From positions 14,322,001 through 14,386,000 of the forward strand of contig CM120645.1 of the NCBI GenBank assembly GCA_051362555.1: 64,000 nucleotides of DNA, written 5' to 3'. Position 1 is the stretch's first letter; each line of letters begins with the position of its first letter. The translations under genes and the position numbers were made by a program. The notes below the pieces were generated by a model, which did not search any database, was not told the DNA's origin, and saw only the letters and a list, made by a program, of their open reading frames with translations. Source of the stretch: Lingula anatina. Taxonomy: Eukaryota > Animalia > Brachiopoda. Below are positions 41,935 through 55,560 of this stretch, in pieces.

Positions 41935-44558
41935 AAACCTTGAGTGTCACCAAATGTCCGCCGCGTCATCCAGACAGGTACATAAAGATGAAGAGTCAAA
42001 TAATCCCGCTAGTTGCCACATTGAAATCAAAGAGCGCTTTTAACCCTGAGACTCTTGAATCTGTTGTGACTGGTATTGGAGAAAATGCCACCCACGAAGG
42101 TGGATCTTTGACTTCAGTAATTTACTGGCACACATATACGAACTTTACCCGTTAAATAGTTAAATAGATTTCTGTGACAGTATCGAATATATACAAATAT
42201 AATACATAATATGTAATATGAATATATAAGAATCGGTCTAGCCTTATGGGCTTACAAGTCACCAGCTTTACCATTGATTATATAACAGCTTCTTTCTGAC
42301 CATAATAAATGCAGTCAAAATAACTACGTGTTGAATATTCCGATTCACCAAGGATTTAATGTGATCCTACTTTATCGTCTTAAATGCTTACTTACACTTT
42401 TCTTATGAACAATGCAAAAAATTCGCTGAAAGAAATAACGCCAACAAATTATATTTACTCAGCCGTTTACTAGACAGTTATCGCCACTCTATTACAAATT
42501 ATAATCATTTTTGTTATTATACAGTACATACATACATTGCATTTTAATTTTTAAAAAACTCCCTGAAAATTAATATACCTGATACATAAAGAACATTCTT
42601 ATCTGCTTTGGGGAGTTCTATAATTATATTTTAGTTTATATAAAATAAGAGAAAAAAATAACATAAGTCAGTGCACCGGCGGTTTGAGGTGTGGAAACCT
42701 ACGCCATATTTATGTACTATCAAACCACCACCAGCCCATATCTTCACAATGTGACTCTTTCTATGGTTTTCCAAGTTGGACTGTCGCCGCTTCAATAAAC
42801 ATTTTGATTGATTTCAAGTTCTTTAATAAAATTAGATTTTAGTGTCGATTTGCGTCATGAATGTCATTACGTTGGCCCCTCGCCAATTTATGAAAAAGTA
42901 ATAATGAGGTTAAGAAAATGATCACATCATTTTGTTAAGTGACTGTATCCAATAATACCAAGAAAGCATCAGTCGCACAAAAAGTTTTACCTAAGCGGTG
43001 AGTCCAAATCTCTGCATCTAAAAGTAACTTTATTAAAGAAATTTTAAAATCAATTTTCATAGGCTTGTGATCGAGTATAGCACATGTATAGGGCATCGAA
43101 CTAAAGCTATTTTTTTAAGTTTCAAAGAAATCATCGTAGTTCATTCTACATGTAGCACCAAAAATTGCTGCAATCATTTTAAAAAATGTGCACCCGGGGC
43201 TAGTTGGCCCCGTTGACTTGGGGCAGGTTGGACCCTCATATAGACCACAATCCTTTGTGCGCAACAGGGATACAGACCATTGTTAAAACAAAACAAATTA
43301 ACGGTTTGTTAAATTAATGCCATGAATTGCTGAATTAATAATTTCACAGGCAATGCTTTCCTACTGTCAAATTTTCGTCTCTACTCAAGAGCCTTCCTCA
43401 GGACAAACTGCATGGTCATATGCGCTGGTCAGTTTCTTTTCAAACAAAAGTTTATTCATTAAAAACTTGTTTTATACTTTTATCATTTTCCTCTTAAATA
43501 AAACAAAACAAATTTGATTAATAGATATTTGGGTTCTTGCAACACATGCAACGTAACGTATATAAACTTCAATATACGTGTATCTTTCGCATTTGAGCTA
43601 CTTATTCAACAAAGACTCTAAAACTCAATTTAATAAAATAAAAGTGTGTAAAAATGTATTCCATGGTATTTTTTATAAATGAAAATGAAACAGTTATACC
43701 TAAAATAACTGCTATGTAAATGCAGTATTAAATAAAATTTTTCCGAATCAAAGCTCCAATGCTAATAAAGTTTTTCCAATGTCCTAGCGATGGGATGGGT
43801 TATTCTCTTTTCCTTCAAAGTTCAACGAAGTTCAACACTTAACTTAGCGTTTTCCATGCGGTGGAATATATGTCACTACGTTTTCTCTCTTTTTTTCAAC
43901 ATTCTATTAGGGGCCTACTATTGCAAAGCAAATAAAATTTTTAATGGATATATCAGCGCCTTTACATTCAAGTGTCTTTTAAAGGGATAATAACTCTTTG
44001 TTTTGGCAAAAAAAAAAAAAAAAAAAAAGAATTTTCCTGGAGTAAACAACAATTTTCCCATACTTACCAATGGTTAATGAATCCATTTTAACATTCAAAG
44101 TTAGTCCCTGGTTTTTTCTAAAAAGTTTGGTTTTTTGTTAAAATCTCTTAAGAGATTTTAACAGAGTACAGCCATCAATGGAGGTCACGTGATCTGAAGA
44201 CAAGCTCAGATATCAGAATAATAGCTATAACTGCCGTTTTTGTGGTAAAACAGAATATATTATATTTCTATGAGTTGTTCACAATGTTTTTATTGTGAAA
44301 TATAGATATCATACGAAGAGTTATTATCCCTTTAAATTGTCCAAAGGTACATGTATATGGTCCTTTCAATAAGCAGGTGTTTTTCTATTCCTACATGTAT
44401 GTCTAATGAGACCTCATCGTTGCGATGTTTTCCTCACTTTTTGAGTGCGTTATGTCACTCTTTAGTCAACAATGGTGAAGTCATCACCAACATCGGTTTT
44501 AGACGAGATTTTTTAAAATTAATTTTGAAAGTGTCTTTAAGCAAGAAATTTTAACAAT

Positions 44559-44592
44559 GTTAAACCAAGGAGTTATAACTCCTTGGTTAAAC
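44559..44592. mobile_element. 20-bp perfect palindrome CAAGGAGTTATAACTCCTTG flanked by 7-bp direct repeat GTTAAAC (P-element-like footprint)
   Basis: gttaaac|caaggagtta taactccttg|gttaaac. Confidence 0.55.
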
Positions 44593-45002
44593 CACCTAGC
44601 TTAAAGTGCAAAGAATTTCTGGTCTAACGTGCCCCATACTTATTTATCCCATTCAAACGACAAATTAATTTTCGTATTTTCTTTTCGGTTGGTGCGTATT
44701 TTTTTATGATAAAATTAGTGTGTACAAATGTACAATGTATATATGCAGGTGCGTCAGGGTTCTGAGTGACAACAACAATACCACAATCATTAAAACTATA
44801 AAATTTATCACTAAGTGCAAGATTGTAAATAACAGTGTATGTAGATCACGTGCAACGACTTGAATTTTGTTCAGTATTAAGGAAAGCCAAGTATCATCGC
44901 ACAGTGATCAGTGCTCCAACATCATACATGGGGGAGTAGCTTGTGCGCGCGAAACCTCAGCGCCTCCTATCGGAAAATCCCACAACCTGTGTTAAAAGTT
45001 GC

Positions 45003-46401
45003 ATGCACACCATGCATGTGTTCAGACGCTTGTTTCTTTCTCCAAGGGAAGTTTCATTGGGTAAAGAACACATTAGAAGGTAAGCTAACATGATAATGAA
45101 ACGATGCACTAGTATTTCTAAGCTTGCACCAATGAGAAGGCGCTGTATTTGTCTTTGGGCTTTCAGCACTCTGTTTTCTCGACTCCTACAACCTTTCTCT
45201 AGTTTGTTTCCATCATATTTATCGTTGTGCTTCACTTTGACCAGTTAATGGGTCTAAAAACCACAGAATCTACTTACAATGTCATAGTAATCTACCTCAG
45301 TTTTAAAATATTGAAGTGTATTTGATTGAAATTCGTTTTCCGTTTCAAAATTTCGAGGCTATTCAAATCTCGAATCTTCTGCTGTACTGACTTCGAGATT
45401 ATTTTTAGCTCTGACCCATGGATTTTTATGTCTTAATTTCTGTGTGTCTAGGTGATTTATAAAGTGAATGCAAATTTCACGAGTCATTCAGTTACAGTAG
45501 CAGTGTGTTTTTAATGCTCTCGCTTTTTTGTGATGACGGGATCAGGTCCCCCGTGCAGATAAATTAAATTCGTTCGTTGGGGTCGCCATCTGGTTTTAAT
45601 CAGTGTTTCGTTTTCATCACGGCAAGGCGTGTGCGGTCGTGCTTTTGTCCATTTAAAATTTCTAGAGAGTGTTCTGCTACAAATGTACTTTTTGCATCCT
45701 TTTATCCTTGCATATTTTGCTTTTGATTCATGTAGAGAGTAATAATACAAAGATTTAGAGAGAAATACTTGTCACTGTGGATGATGCTAATTGATATGCA
45801 GAAGTTCACAGTCAATCTTTGCCTCTGGCTAGATACACATTTGAAGTTGAGCTTTAGTCAGTCCTGTTTGCAATATTTTAGACTCCACTTGTCACTTGAC
45901 AAAGAGCTTCCCTTGGCTCAGAGCTACAAGGCTGCAGTGTGTGAAGAGCTGGGGAAACCACTTGTTGTGAAAGATGTGGCATCACAGGAAGAGTTGAAAA
46001 GAGGGGAGGTAAGCATTTGTTAAGAGTAAAAATTTGGGGGTCATGTTGATACTCCCCTGCACCGTTACTCCCCCGTACCGATACGACCCCACACCGATAG
46101 ATCTCCGCGCCGGTACATCCCTGCACCGATACTTCCCCGCACCAATACTCCCCCTCAGTACATCTGTGATTGTGGAGGGAGTATCGGTGTAGGCATGTAA
46201 CCAAAATTTGAACTATGGACTTGCTGTTAGACAGCTTGAGTAAATTTTTCTTATTGGGACATCATATATTTATTTTTGTATATGTCATGAAGGGTCGGAA
46301 AGCTTCATTCCAGGGGCAGATTCAGATATATTTTCTGACTCTCCCAAATCATATTTGTTGATCCATCCTCCATTTTTGAAAGTCTTTGGACAAAAAAGTT
46401 A

Positions 46402-46467
<66 letters not shown>

Positions 46468-49400
46468 TGTTTCCCCTGGCTTTCAAGCTCTGCGAGGTGG
46501 TAGGCAATCCGCGATCCCAGCAATACTAGGGGGGTCCGGGGGCATGCCCCCCCGGAAAATTTTTTTAATCGAGGTGCAATTTGGTGCATTTAAGGGTATT
46601 TAGAACTGATTTAGAACTGAAATCACATTTATCATCAATTTTAGTTCTTCGTTTATTCATTTATATGGTTCTATTCGGTCATGGGAATTCATATTCAATG
46701 CATAGGTTTCCAGGCGAAATACTGACGTGACCCAGTTTTACAACGCTACTGCTTTCACAAAACTTACCCGTAAATCAATAGAAAATCTTCTCCAAGTTTA
46801 TAAAAACAACGAAGGCCACTTTATTTGCTCCTTTTTTATCAGTGAATATTCATAAACTATAAAAACAAACAACAGGCAGTCTGAACATGAAGTGACAGAG
46901 AAAGTGTATTCTTGACACGTGATTAAATGGGGTCAAGAACAGTTGCCTCGTTTCGCTGCGTCTCTCATACTTAGCACAACTGCGAAAACGAGGCACTTAC
47001 AGGGAGATAGTAACTGCTTGTTATTTTTAGGCATACGCGCATGCGTATTTCTGTTACTGCTAAATCAAGTGCTCAGAAGCATGGGATTACGTATGTAAAC
47101 AGAAAATGCCATATTTGCTTAGAAATAAATATAATTTTCAGTTAGCATGAGTGAAAATATACTTTGTCGTTCCATTCAGCCCAACGAGGCGGTGCTTTTG
47201 ACAAATTTCAGCGAGGCGCTTGCAAATTTCAGCGAGGCGGGCGCCTCGCTCATTTAAGTGCAGGGGAAACACAGTATATAAAACGAAGCATGTTAGTACA
47301 CACACACACACACACAGACACACACACACACACACACACACACTTCACAATAAACTCAGAAGTCAGACCTCGAAAAGAAAATGAAAAAATTGAATGATGC
47401 ATGTACTAAAAAAAAAAATAAAATAAATAAACAGAAAAAAGGGCAAGACATGCTTGTAGATTATAAGCTGGTATTTTGTACTATGGTCTACAGGTTTGTG
47501 TGGAGGTTCACAATGCAGGGGTGAACTTTGCTGATATTCTGATGTGTAGTGGACAGTACCAAGTGAGGCCAGATCTACCCTTCATTCCTGGTGAGATAAT
47601 ATATGAATATCTTTGATTTTCTGCAAAATTAATCCACTTATTAGGACTTCATTCACTCTTAGAAATTTTAAAGAAGAATAGAATCTTTTATTCATTTGTA
47701 TGCTTTTGTTCAAGAATTTCAAATTTCGTGTAATATCTGAGTTCTTGACATTGCTTTCCTCATGCTGTTAATTTATGCCAAGTCTTGCAGCTTGAATTTT
47801 TTTGCTCAATATGCAGCAATAGATTATGCACCAAAACAGCACACATAAAAAACTGTAGCAGCTTCTGCTTTGGTGGTTCATTCCATCTCATTGCTATTAC
47901 TCAAGTGAGAACTCTGAAGCTAAATTTAATTTTTTTTAAATTGGGAACAAAGAATTTTAATGAGTAAAACTACTTTGTGTGCTAGTCTGGGCCAGTATCT
48001 GTATTTTAACTCTTCATGAATATTAGGTGAACTTCATATCTTAGATCTAAATTATATTGTCTCTGTATTTTTAGGTGTGGAAATATCAGGTCAGGTGATG
48101 AAAGTAGGCGAAGGTGTCCATTCCTTCAGACCAGGTGACCGTGTCATGGGACTGACGGGAGTTCTAGGTGGAAAAGGAGGATTTGGACAAATGTGTGTGA
48201 CACATAAAAAGGTTTGTTTAGGAATGTATCTATTTATAGACACTGGAGACTCGTCCTTCAAGACATTGACACTTTAAAGAAATGGACGAAAAACGGGAAC
48301 TTTTTTCTCGCTGTTTTTTTCTGACATGTTTTGCTTAAACCACCTGTGTTGTCAGGTGCATCCTAAAGTTTGATACAAAGTTTCAGGTGCAATTTTTATT
48401 AAACATTTGTTCATAATACAAGTAGTAGTTAAGCTGTAAACAAACAAAAAAGATCCTCCAATTAACTTTTTTTTTCTTTTGACAAGTTTGTCTTTCTTTT
48501 TCAGCTTCTTTGGCATATCCCAGAAGTTCTACATTATCGTCCTGCATCAGGGCTTCTTGCATCTTATGGCACCGCCATGATGGCGCTACAGAGAAGAGCA
48601 CGGGTTGTGGCAGGGTAGGTGCAAGATATTTATAGATCTATTACTGTCATAGAACTTCCTCCTCATCCCACAGTTGTAACGCAAAAAAGAATTTCATCAG
48701 CTGTGTTTTAAATAGATGACTATGCTGTAGATAGACATTAATATATGGAAGGTATAATAAACAATTTTAACACTTGCTGTTAATTACAGGGAAGGTAGTG
48801 CTAAATTCATCACTTTGACACTTTCATTATTTATTTATTTATTAGAGAGACAGTGTTGGTGTTGGCAGCAGCAGGAGCTACGGGACTGGCAGCAGTAGAT
48901 ATAGCAGCTAATGTATTTAAAACAAATGTAAGTTCCTATAAATTATTTCAAGGAAATTATTTTCAAAAAGAAATATGTGCTATTGCCTTTAACACTGAAC
49001 CACCATCAGAATATCAATTATTCTTTTGTATTTTATTTATTTAATGACTTTTACTATGAACGACCATCAAATTATCTGTTATGTGTTTATGATGTACTGG
49101 AAGACATTTGCTGTGGAAATACTACCTGATAAAAGCATTGCTTGTGATGGTTTCTTCAGGTTATTGCAGCCTGTGGCAGCTCAGAAAAATGTGCGCTGGC
49201 GAAAGCCAAGGGAGCTCATCACGTGATCAATTACAGTGAAGAGTCTCTGAAGGAGCGGGTTCTCGATATAACAAGTGGAAGAGGTGCTAATGTTATATTT
49301 GACCCAGTTGGGGGAGAGTTTTTCAAAGATGCTCTCAAAAGGTAGGAACGAATTAAAAAAAACATCGATGCCTGGAGATTTACCATTGCTCATTTCTTTT

Positions 49401-50574
49401 AAAGCAGACAGACACTGTGTTTTAGTACTAACTAAATTCTACACTGTGTTTGTTGTAATGGCAGAAATAAACTTTAAAAAATAATAAAAAATTAAAAATA
49501 CACTGTTGATAAAATAAAAAAGAATTAAAGACTCCTATTACCAGCTCATTACCCAGCTGAACTCAGATACTGAATAATTACTTGAAAAATCCACCACAAT
49601 TTTCATTCTCATACATAATTTAAAGATTGCTAAGTGTGGAATTTGCACACCTTAAGAAGATGTTACAAGAAGTTCATGCTGGACTGTTTATTAAGCATAT
49701 TTGTATAGCTCAAAGTTTTGTCTAGTTGACAAGACAAAAAAAGTAAACCAGGAATAATGGTGTTGAGACTGGATAATCACTTAACCATAACAATGGAGGT
49801 TTTGGCTTTGTTTTGGAAAAGAAATAGTAGTTTCTCAACATTTTAGGTCAGCTGTTGAAAGATGAGCTTCAGTAATGTTCTTAATATAATATAATATAAT
49901 ATAATATAATATAATAATGTCAAATAGTTTTTATTCTACTATTCAACCCTGCGTTTTATTCTGTAGTAGAAGCAGCACTGGTTAATACATGCAGTATTCT
50001 TAACATTTCAGCATCGCAGTAGAAGGAAGACTGGTTGTGATAGGCTTTGCATCTGGTGACATTCCCAAGATTCCTGCCAATGTTTTACTCCTCAAATCCT
50101 GCTCCGTCATGGGCCTGTATTGGGGCAGCTTTATTCAGCATAATCCTGGTGCCTTTACGGACTCTGTAGATAAAGTAGTGGAAAGTGTGGACCGGGGGAA
50201 GATTAGGCCGCACGTGTCCAAGATGTTCCCGCTAAACAAGGTAATGCATGAAGGCATGATAGTGCATGACCTTTTTCTGCAGGAATTCTCTCATATATGT
50301 CCCTTTGTTCTGTGTAAATTTTGAATGTCTGTTATTGATTAATAACTCCGTAATTCATGAAGGTGATTATTTTTAAGGACAACTAAGACATTAAGTTGAG
50401 TTAATCTCTCAGATGATTTATAAAGATTGCATGTTGAAGTATTATAATAAATATTTAAATTATTTTTATTTTTAGGTTAATGAAGCTTTTGATTACATCA
50501 AATCTAGGAAATCCACAGGAAAAGTCATCCTGGACGTAACAAGAAGTTCTTTACCAGCTGACAAAATAATTTGA
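45003..50574 (+). CDS. CRYZL2: Quinone oxidoreductase-like protein 2 homolog (zeta-crystallin/MDR family), ~379 aa, possible mitochondrial presequence
   Basis: Exons 45003-45079, 45882-46008, 47494-47590, 48075-48211, 48505-48614, 48846-48927, 49160-49341, 50012-50240, 50476-50574 (TGA); 1140 nt. Motifs AGVNFADILMCSGQYQVRPDLPFIPG, SYGTA, VLAAAGATGLAAVD, FDPVGG, IGFASGDIPKIPANVLLLK, RKSTGKV. The start codon is inferred. Confidence 0.92.
46037..46202. mobile_element. Small GG...CC element with 8-bp TSD AAAATTTG and internal ~17-bp repeats (Merlin/MULE-like termini)
   Basis: aaaatttg|ggggtcatg...catgtaacc|aaaatttg; repeated accgatactcccc units. Confidence 0.55.
46465..47274. mobile_element. Non-autonomous hAT element, TIR CAGTGTTTCCCCTG, 8-bp TSD TATATATA/TATATAAA
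   Basis: cagtgtttcccctg ... caggggaaacacag, inserted at the end of a (TA)n tract in oxidoreductase intron 2. Confidence 0.8.
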
Positions 50575-51646
50575 TCCCCAGGGTAGGGGCAATATAGTTC
50601 ACTGTGTTTTTTCTATATAAATATATATAAATGTATATACCACTATATTGAAATACATAATATATATGAATATGTATTGTCATTTGCAATATCTGTGCAT
50701 TTACTCCCTGATGTTTAGGAAGTCTTATTATGTATATATGTATAAACCTGGAATCTTAGGACTTGGATCAAATAGTATGGTGCCAGTACTAATTAAGTTT
50801 GAATGCTATGATAATCAGGGTGCTGATTACAGATTTGAATGGCATGCAGGTTAGAGCCATAGGAGAACAGTGTGATATTTATGGTTTGATAATCAGGGTA
50901 CGCATTTCTATTGATATCATCTTTAGTAAAAAGTTGAGCACCATGAGTGTCTAGTTAAGTATTTATAGTTATGAATTTTTCTTACTACACTGCAGACAGA
51001 TGAAGGTGATAGCTTTTATTTTTGTACTGTGAATGAACTTGTCTTAATGCAGTTGCTGAAAAGGTTTAAAGTGTAGTATTTGCATCTGTTTTTGAACATC
51101 CACAAATGATTTCATAAGAAATATTATACATGGTTTACTAATATTATTTATTAATTTATTTATCATTTCACACTGCCATATGCATGCTGTTGTTGAACAT
51201 CCACAAGAGCTATCCAAAAAAAAAAATTGTACACTTTTTTTTTAAAGATTTGCATTTTCATATGCATACCTTTGTTGGACCTCCATTTCAGAAATTTGAA
51301 ATGGTGGACCATTTTCCAGTTATTTGATAATTTGACCAAAAGTTCCCCTGAATACAACCATAGTCTCTGTGATTTTAATACTGGTGGAAGTTATATTGCT
51401 GCATATCTACATCTGATATTTAACATTGATATTTTACACCGCTGCATAATACTTCCTAGTGTTGGTCTCCTCCCCTTATACCGATCCTCGTCCACTCACA
51501 TGTTGCACTGGTCTTGAAGAGTGCTCTCTTTATCCACCTTCTCTTTTGTGGTGGAATATTGTCATTCCAGTGACCTGATAGATCATGTTTCTGCAAAAAA
51601 AGAAACCGTTTATGAAAGTAGTATGTGCATATATATATTGTTTATC

Positions 51647-51900
51647 CTATAATTTATATCTGTTCGCTAACTGAATCCACAATTTTTCCTCAAATTCACC
51701 AGTTCCACATTCATGCACATCACCATGGAGAAGAAAATTTTTGTTCTCCATTGATCTGCGGTACCAACACACCAATCCTGGAGTTATACTCCATGGCAAA
51801 TGAACAGATTTCACATGACATCCTAGATGTCTATGTAGGTCTGGATTGGACTCTAGCACATAGGTAATGAGGTTGAACTCTCCCAGTTCATATGCTACTA
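51647..51900 (-). pseudogene. Degraded TE-associated coding fragment (HVKSVHLPWSITPGLVCW)
   Basis: Resembles the H-V-x3-HLPW-x3-P-x3-CW segment I recall preceding TE-borne TatD-like nucleases; recognised from memory only. Confidence 0.3.
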
Positions 51901-52329
51901 TAATTCGCAAAATCAATAACTCAAATAAAGAAAAAACTTACTTGTAGCAAATTGGAGTTCTGTTCGTGGGGAAGTCGGAGATGCGTCGATCTATCAGCAG
52001 GTTCGCCAAAAGTCCAGACTTGAAATATCTGTGAATCCGTAACTGGTAATACAATCAAAATTGAAGATGGCGAACGTAAAATTATTCTGACAATTGCATA
52101 CACTACAGAACCTTGTGTAAAGCAGAGTGGGAAGGAATAGTAACGCTCATTTGGTTAAACGCTGAGGCGCGAACCTAAGTGAAACCCCCGTCCGTGATTG
52201 GACAGGGTGTCTGATCAAAAGATGCAGCGTTGAATCCGAGGCTTATGCAAATTTTCGGCAAGTTATGCCATAATAAACGTCCGTGATTAGACAGGGAGTC
52301 TGATCGCGATAGATGCAGCATTGAATCCG

Positions 52330-52950
52330 AGGCTAGAGCAAAAATGTTAACAACTTGTGAAGAATCAGACCGTCGCCATAAATAAACGTTTGACTACGCC
52401 AAACTTCCCTTTTGTTTCTAAGAGCATCCAGTCTCCCATGGCAGTGTCTTTTGCAGGTATCCTTAAGTATGGAGGGAGTCCCCTTGGCAGTCTTAATTTG
52501 CATTTTTGGAACTCGCTGCCAGAGGGTCTGCACATGAAATATTTATTTTCAAACATTTTTGAAGCATTATACTTCTGAACTACTATATTAGAAATCTATA
52601 TAATGGAGAAGATATTGAAGGTCGCCTGCCATTGAGCAAATGATAGCTGGGTGCTTTTCTTGGAAACCGATGAATAGACTATGGCCATGTTTCCCTCTGC
52701 ATCTGTCTTCCTTTTTTGAACGAATTGTTACTCCTCCGCTTGGTCACAGGTAGTAAATGCATTGGAATGAGGTGATAGCAAGTCCCGGAAAGATACTCAT
52801 TATTCCAAATTTTCGCATGTAAGGAGGTTGACACATGGCTGTCCAGTGGTGTCAGAGGGGTAATCAGTGATCTGCCCTGTGTTGTAGTGTGATCTGGCTG
52901 TGATACATGTTGACTATGGAAAGAAATGGGTTGGTTACTGGAGGCCTGAG
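52330..52950 (-). pseudogene. Ngaro/DIRS (tyrosine-recombinase retrotransposon) gag-like fragment
   Basis: PLDSHVSTSLHAKIWNNEY and KKSTQLSFAQWQATFNIFSII match the gag motifs HV..LK.KIW..EY and W..AF.I(Y/F); stops and frameshifts present. Confidence 0.6.
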
Positions 52951-53274
52951 TTGAGGTCAAAAGTGGGGATGAAAGCTTGGTAAAGATATAAAAATACAAC
53001 AGTATTCCTTGGCATACTTTTCTTTCTTTCTTGATGGGTAAATTCTTTCCTGTCTTTTCTCTTTCGCGGTCACTGTCTATCTGCACCCTTGTTATTATGT
53101 TGTGCCGACATGATTGGATTCAGGTTACTGATTGGTCCAATGCCTCGTGCTTTGGGTCATGGCCCGGAGATAGTTAATGCATACGATGGGGCATATGAGA
53201 AATAGATAGGAATGATTCCCGTATAACAATATATTGCTTTATAAAGGAAATTATAGTTAATTTACAATACTTTC

Positions 53275-53613
53275 TGTATTTAGCTTCCTGCCTCTTAAAC
53301 AGTCAGATCTATGTATAACCTGACAGACAGCAATACGCTTAACACCAGTCCAATGGATGGTGTTAATTAGATCGAACCACAGGATCTCGAGAGGAAAGGT
53401 CATTTGTACCAAGTTCAAGAATTACAACCTGAGGTTTTGAGGAGCGAAGAGAATGAAGATACTGAGAACGAAACTGTGGAAGAGTGGTGCCACCTCTTCC
53501 ATGAAGAACGACATCGCAGCAGGACACAGAAGCATGAGAAGGAGGGGTATAAAAAAATCACTGAGACAGGTAACGAAACTGTGGCCAGCGATACAAACAA
53601 CGGGTAGGGGCAT
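53275..53613 (-). pseudogene. SGNH/GDSL hydrolase of the Ngaro-retrotransposon type, 3'-truncated (copy 1)
   Basis: Block I VCIAGHSFV, block II VLHGRGGTT, block III PQVVILELGTNDL, then GVKRIAVCQVIHR; frameshifted. Confidence 0.75.
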
Positions 53614-53879
53614 AGTAAAGGTAAATTGACGACAAGAAAAAGGAGCAAAAAGGACAGGAAAAAAAAAAAAAAAAAAAAAGCTAAAATAAAAAGAAACATA
53701 TGGATGGAAGCAACAATAATGAACAAATGGACATAGATATTAACTCACAAGTAACTGCTGTAAAGGGAGTAAATAGTTCCCACCCAAGTATTTGCTGTGA
53801 ATATGTGATTATCACCTGCCACACGGTTTATGAAAATGGAAGTGCTTGAAGTCAAAATGAGACTGATATGCGGTAATGG

Positions 53880-55560
53880 CGAGTGTGAGTTGTTACGCAA
53901 AGTGTCATAATTCACTATCTGAGAGGTTTCATAATTCCTTGAGATGGATCTCACTTTACAAACTGTTTTCTCCTTTTCAGTAATGTACACGTAGTTTGTC
54001 GGTCCAGCTGAAATGAACGTGGTGATGTGTTCCCCCTCATCTAGCTTGTTGGTAAAGTTGCCAAGGTAGCTGCCCATGACGCTGTCCAGGATACTGGATA
54101 CTCATAGACAGTCTTTGTTTGAGATGCCCATCCATCAACAATATACTTTCGTATTTTCTTTTTCCCCTGATTATGAGCATGGTGTATAAAGACATTGTCA
54201 CACTCCGACATATTCCTCAGCCATTTAGCTGCTTTCACGGACATTTTGTTTTTTGGCTTATACCCCAGTGCTAGAATAATGCCAATCATGTTTTCCTTAA
54301 GAAATAAGGATCTGAACACAACATTGCATGAACTGGCAATAGTGATAGATCTGTAAAACACATCAATTTCCTCACATTTCTCGCTTGTTATATCAAGCAT
54401 CAATTTCCTGAATCGGAGACATGCTTGCTGAAGGATGGTGACATCCATGCGGCAGTATGTGAGCATTTCTTTTTGGAAATCAAATAGATAGTTTTGACTG
54501 ACTAGATCAGTGTGCTATGCACTGCACTGCCAGACACTGGCAGACAGTGAGTCACGACTGTAATATTTAGTGTCGTGCATCTTACCCCTATAGTCTTGGC
54601 TTTCAGGGGTGTTAAAGAAGTGGGGAAAATAGCCCTTAGAAAGGGACTCATTTTGGCCACATAGTTCACATGTACTGGTTGTGGTTACATCTAAATTCAG
54701 ACAATGGTGCCATTTCCTGTGAGCGACCACAAGGTTAGGGGTATGTACATGTGATGGTTTTGCCTCAAAATAAAAAAAAAAAATGAAAGGGCGTTTTAAG
54801 GCAGGTTTGATCTTCCCAGTGCATTCTCATCCATGTTATGAAGCAAATCATCTTCGTCATCAACATCTTTCTCAATTTGCAAGAAACACCTGTGACCATC
54901 TTCCACAAACTTGTGAGAAGTCCTACTCTTGAAAGTGTTACACTTGCTTTTCCTCGTGTTGATGATCAACAAATTTGGTGCACTTTTTACAGAGTAAACT
55001 GTTTGCAGACAGACTATTTACCAATTTCTGGCACAAGTTTATGATTGCAAAAACAACAATCCGAGAGGAAATTTCTGTTACAATCATCGCAATGACGCCA
55101 TGTTTCAAAAGTGCATGACGAATCTCTTTTACACATTTCGCAATATTTTTCACATGAATGATCACAAATGTGATCAAAACCTATATTGCATTCCGTACAG
55201 TAGTACACCCTACGCATGAATCCTGTTACCGATGTTATGACATCATAATGACCCTTATGATGAAATAAAAACAACTCCTTTAAAGCTGGTGGCCCTTTTG
55301 TGAATTAAACTCATAAAGTGATCTCCAGAAAAAAACAGATATTTGATAATTGCTCAAATATGACTGAAACTTAATAATTTCAGGAACACCAAAAGGAACT
55401 AACTGTATTCCAGCATTTTTAAGTCTTGGGCTGACTCTAATTGTTCGCAACATTGGTGATCGATTACCGTTTTATATTTGGGGTCCTTATCCACTTTCGC
55501 AACAACAAGTGCCTGAGCTAAACACAACTGATCCCCCATCCTGCTACGAATTTGATTGAT
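53880..55560 (-). mobile_element. Decayed Polinton/Maverick protein-primed DNA polymerase B (vOTU-like N-terminus, VSR-like insert), internally deleted
   Basis: DQLCLAQALVVA..EIIKFQSYL, HYDVITSVTGF..YYCTEC, KGYFPHFFN, YCRMDVTIL..AC..FR, ITIASSC, KWL..IHHAHN..KYIVDG..VYEY, YLG.FT..L..I..FISAGP.NY..CKV. The palm and most of the exonuclease domain are missing. Confidence 0.85.

Noticed and set aside
44136-44163. 28-bp palindrome TGTTAAAATCTCTTAAGAGATTTTAACA as a functional hairpin
   Set aside because: AT-rich and adjacent to probable DNA-transposon remnants; no independent support for function.
44911-45093. 60-aa ORF as oxidoreductase exon 1
   Set aside because: GTG start; the frame from ATG 45003 with the donor after 45079 matches the phase of exon 2.
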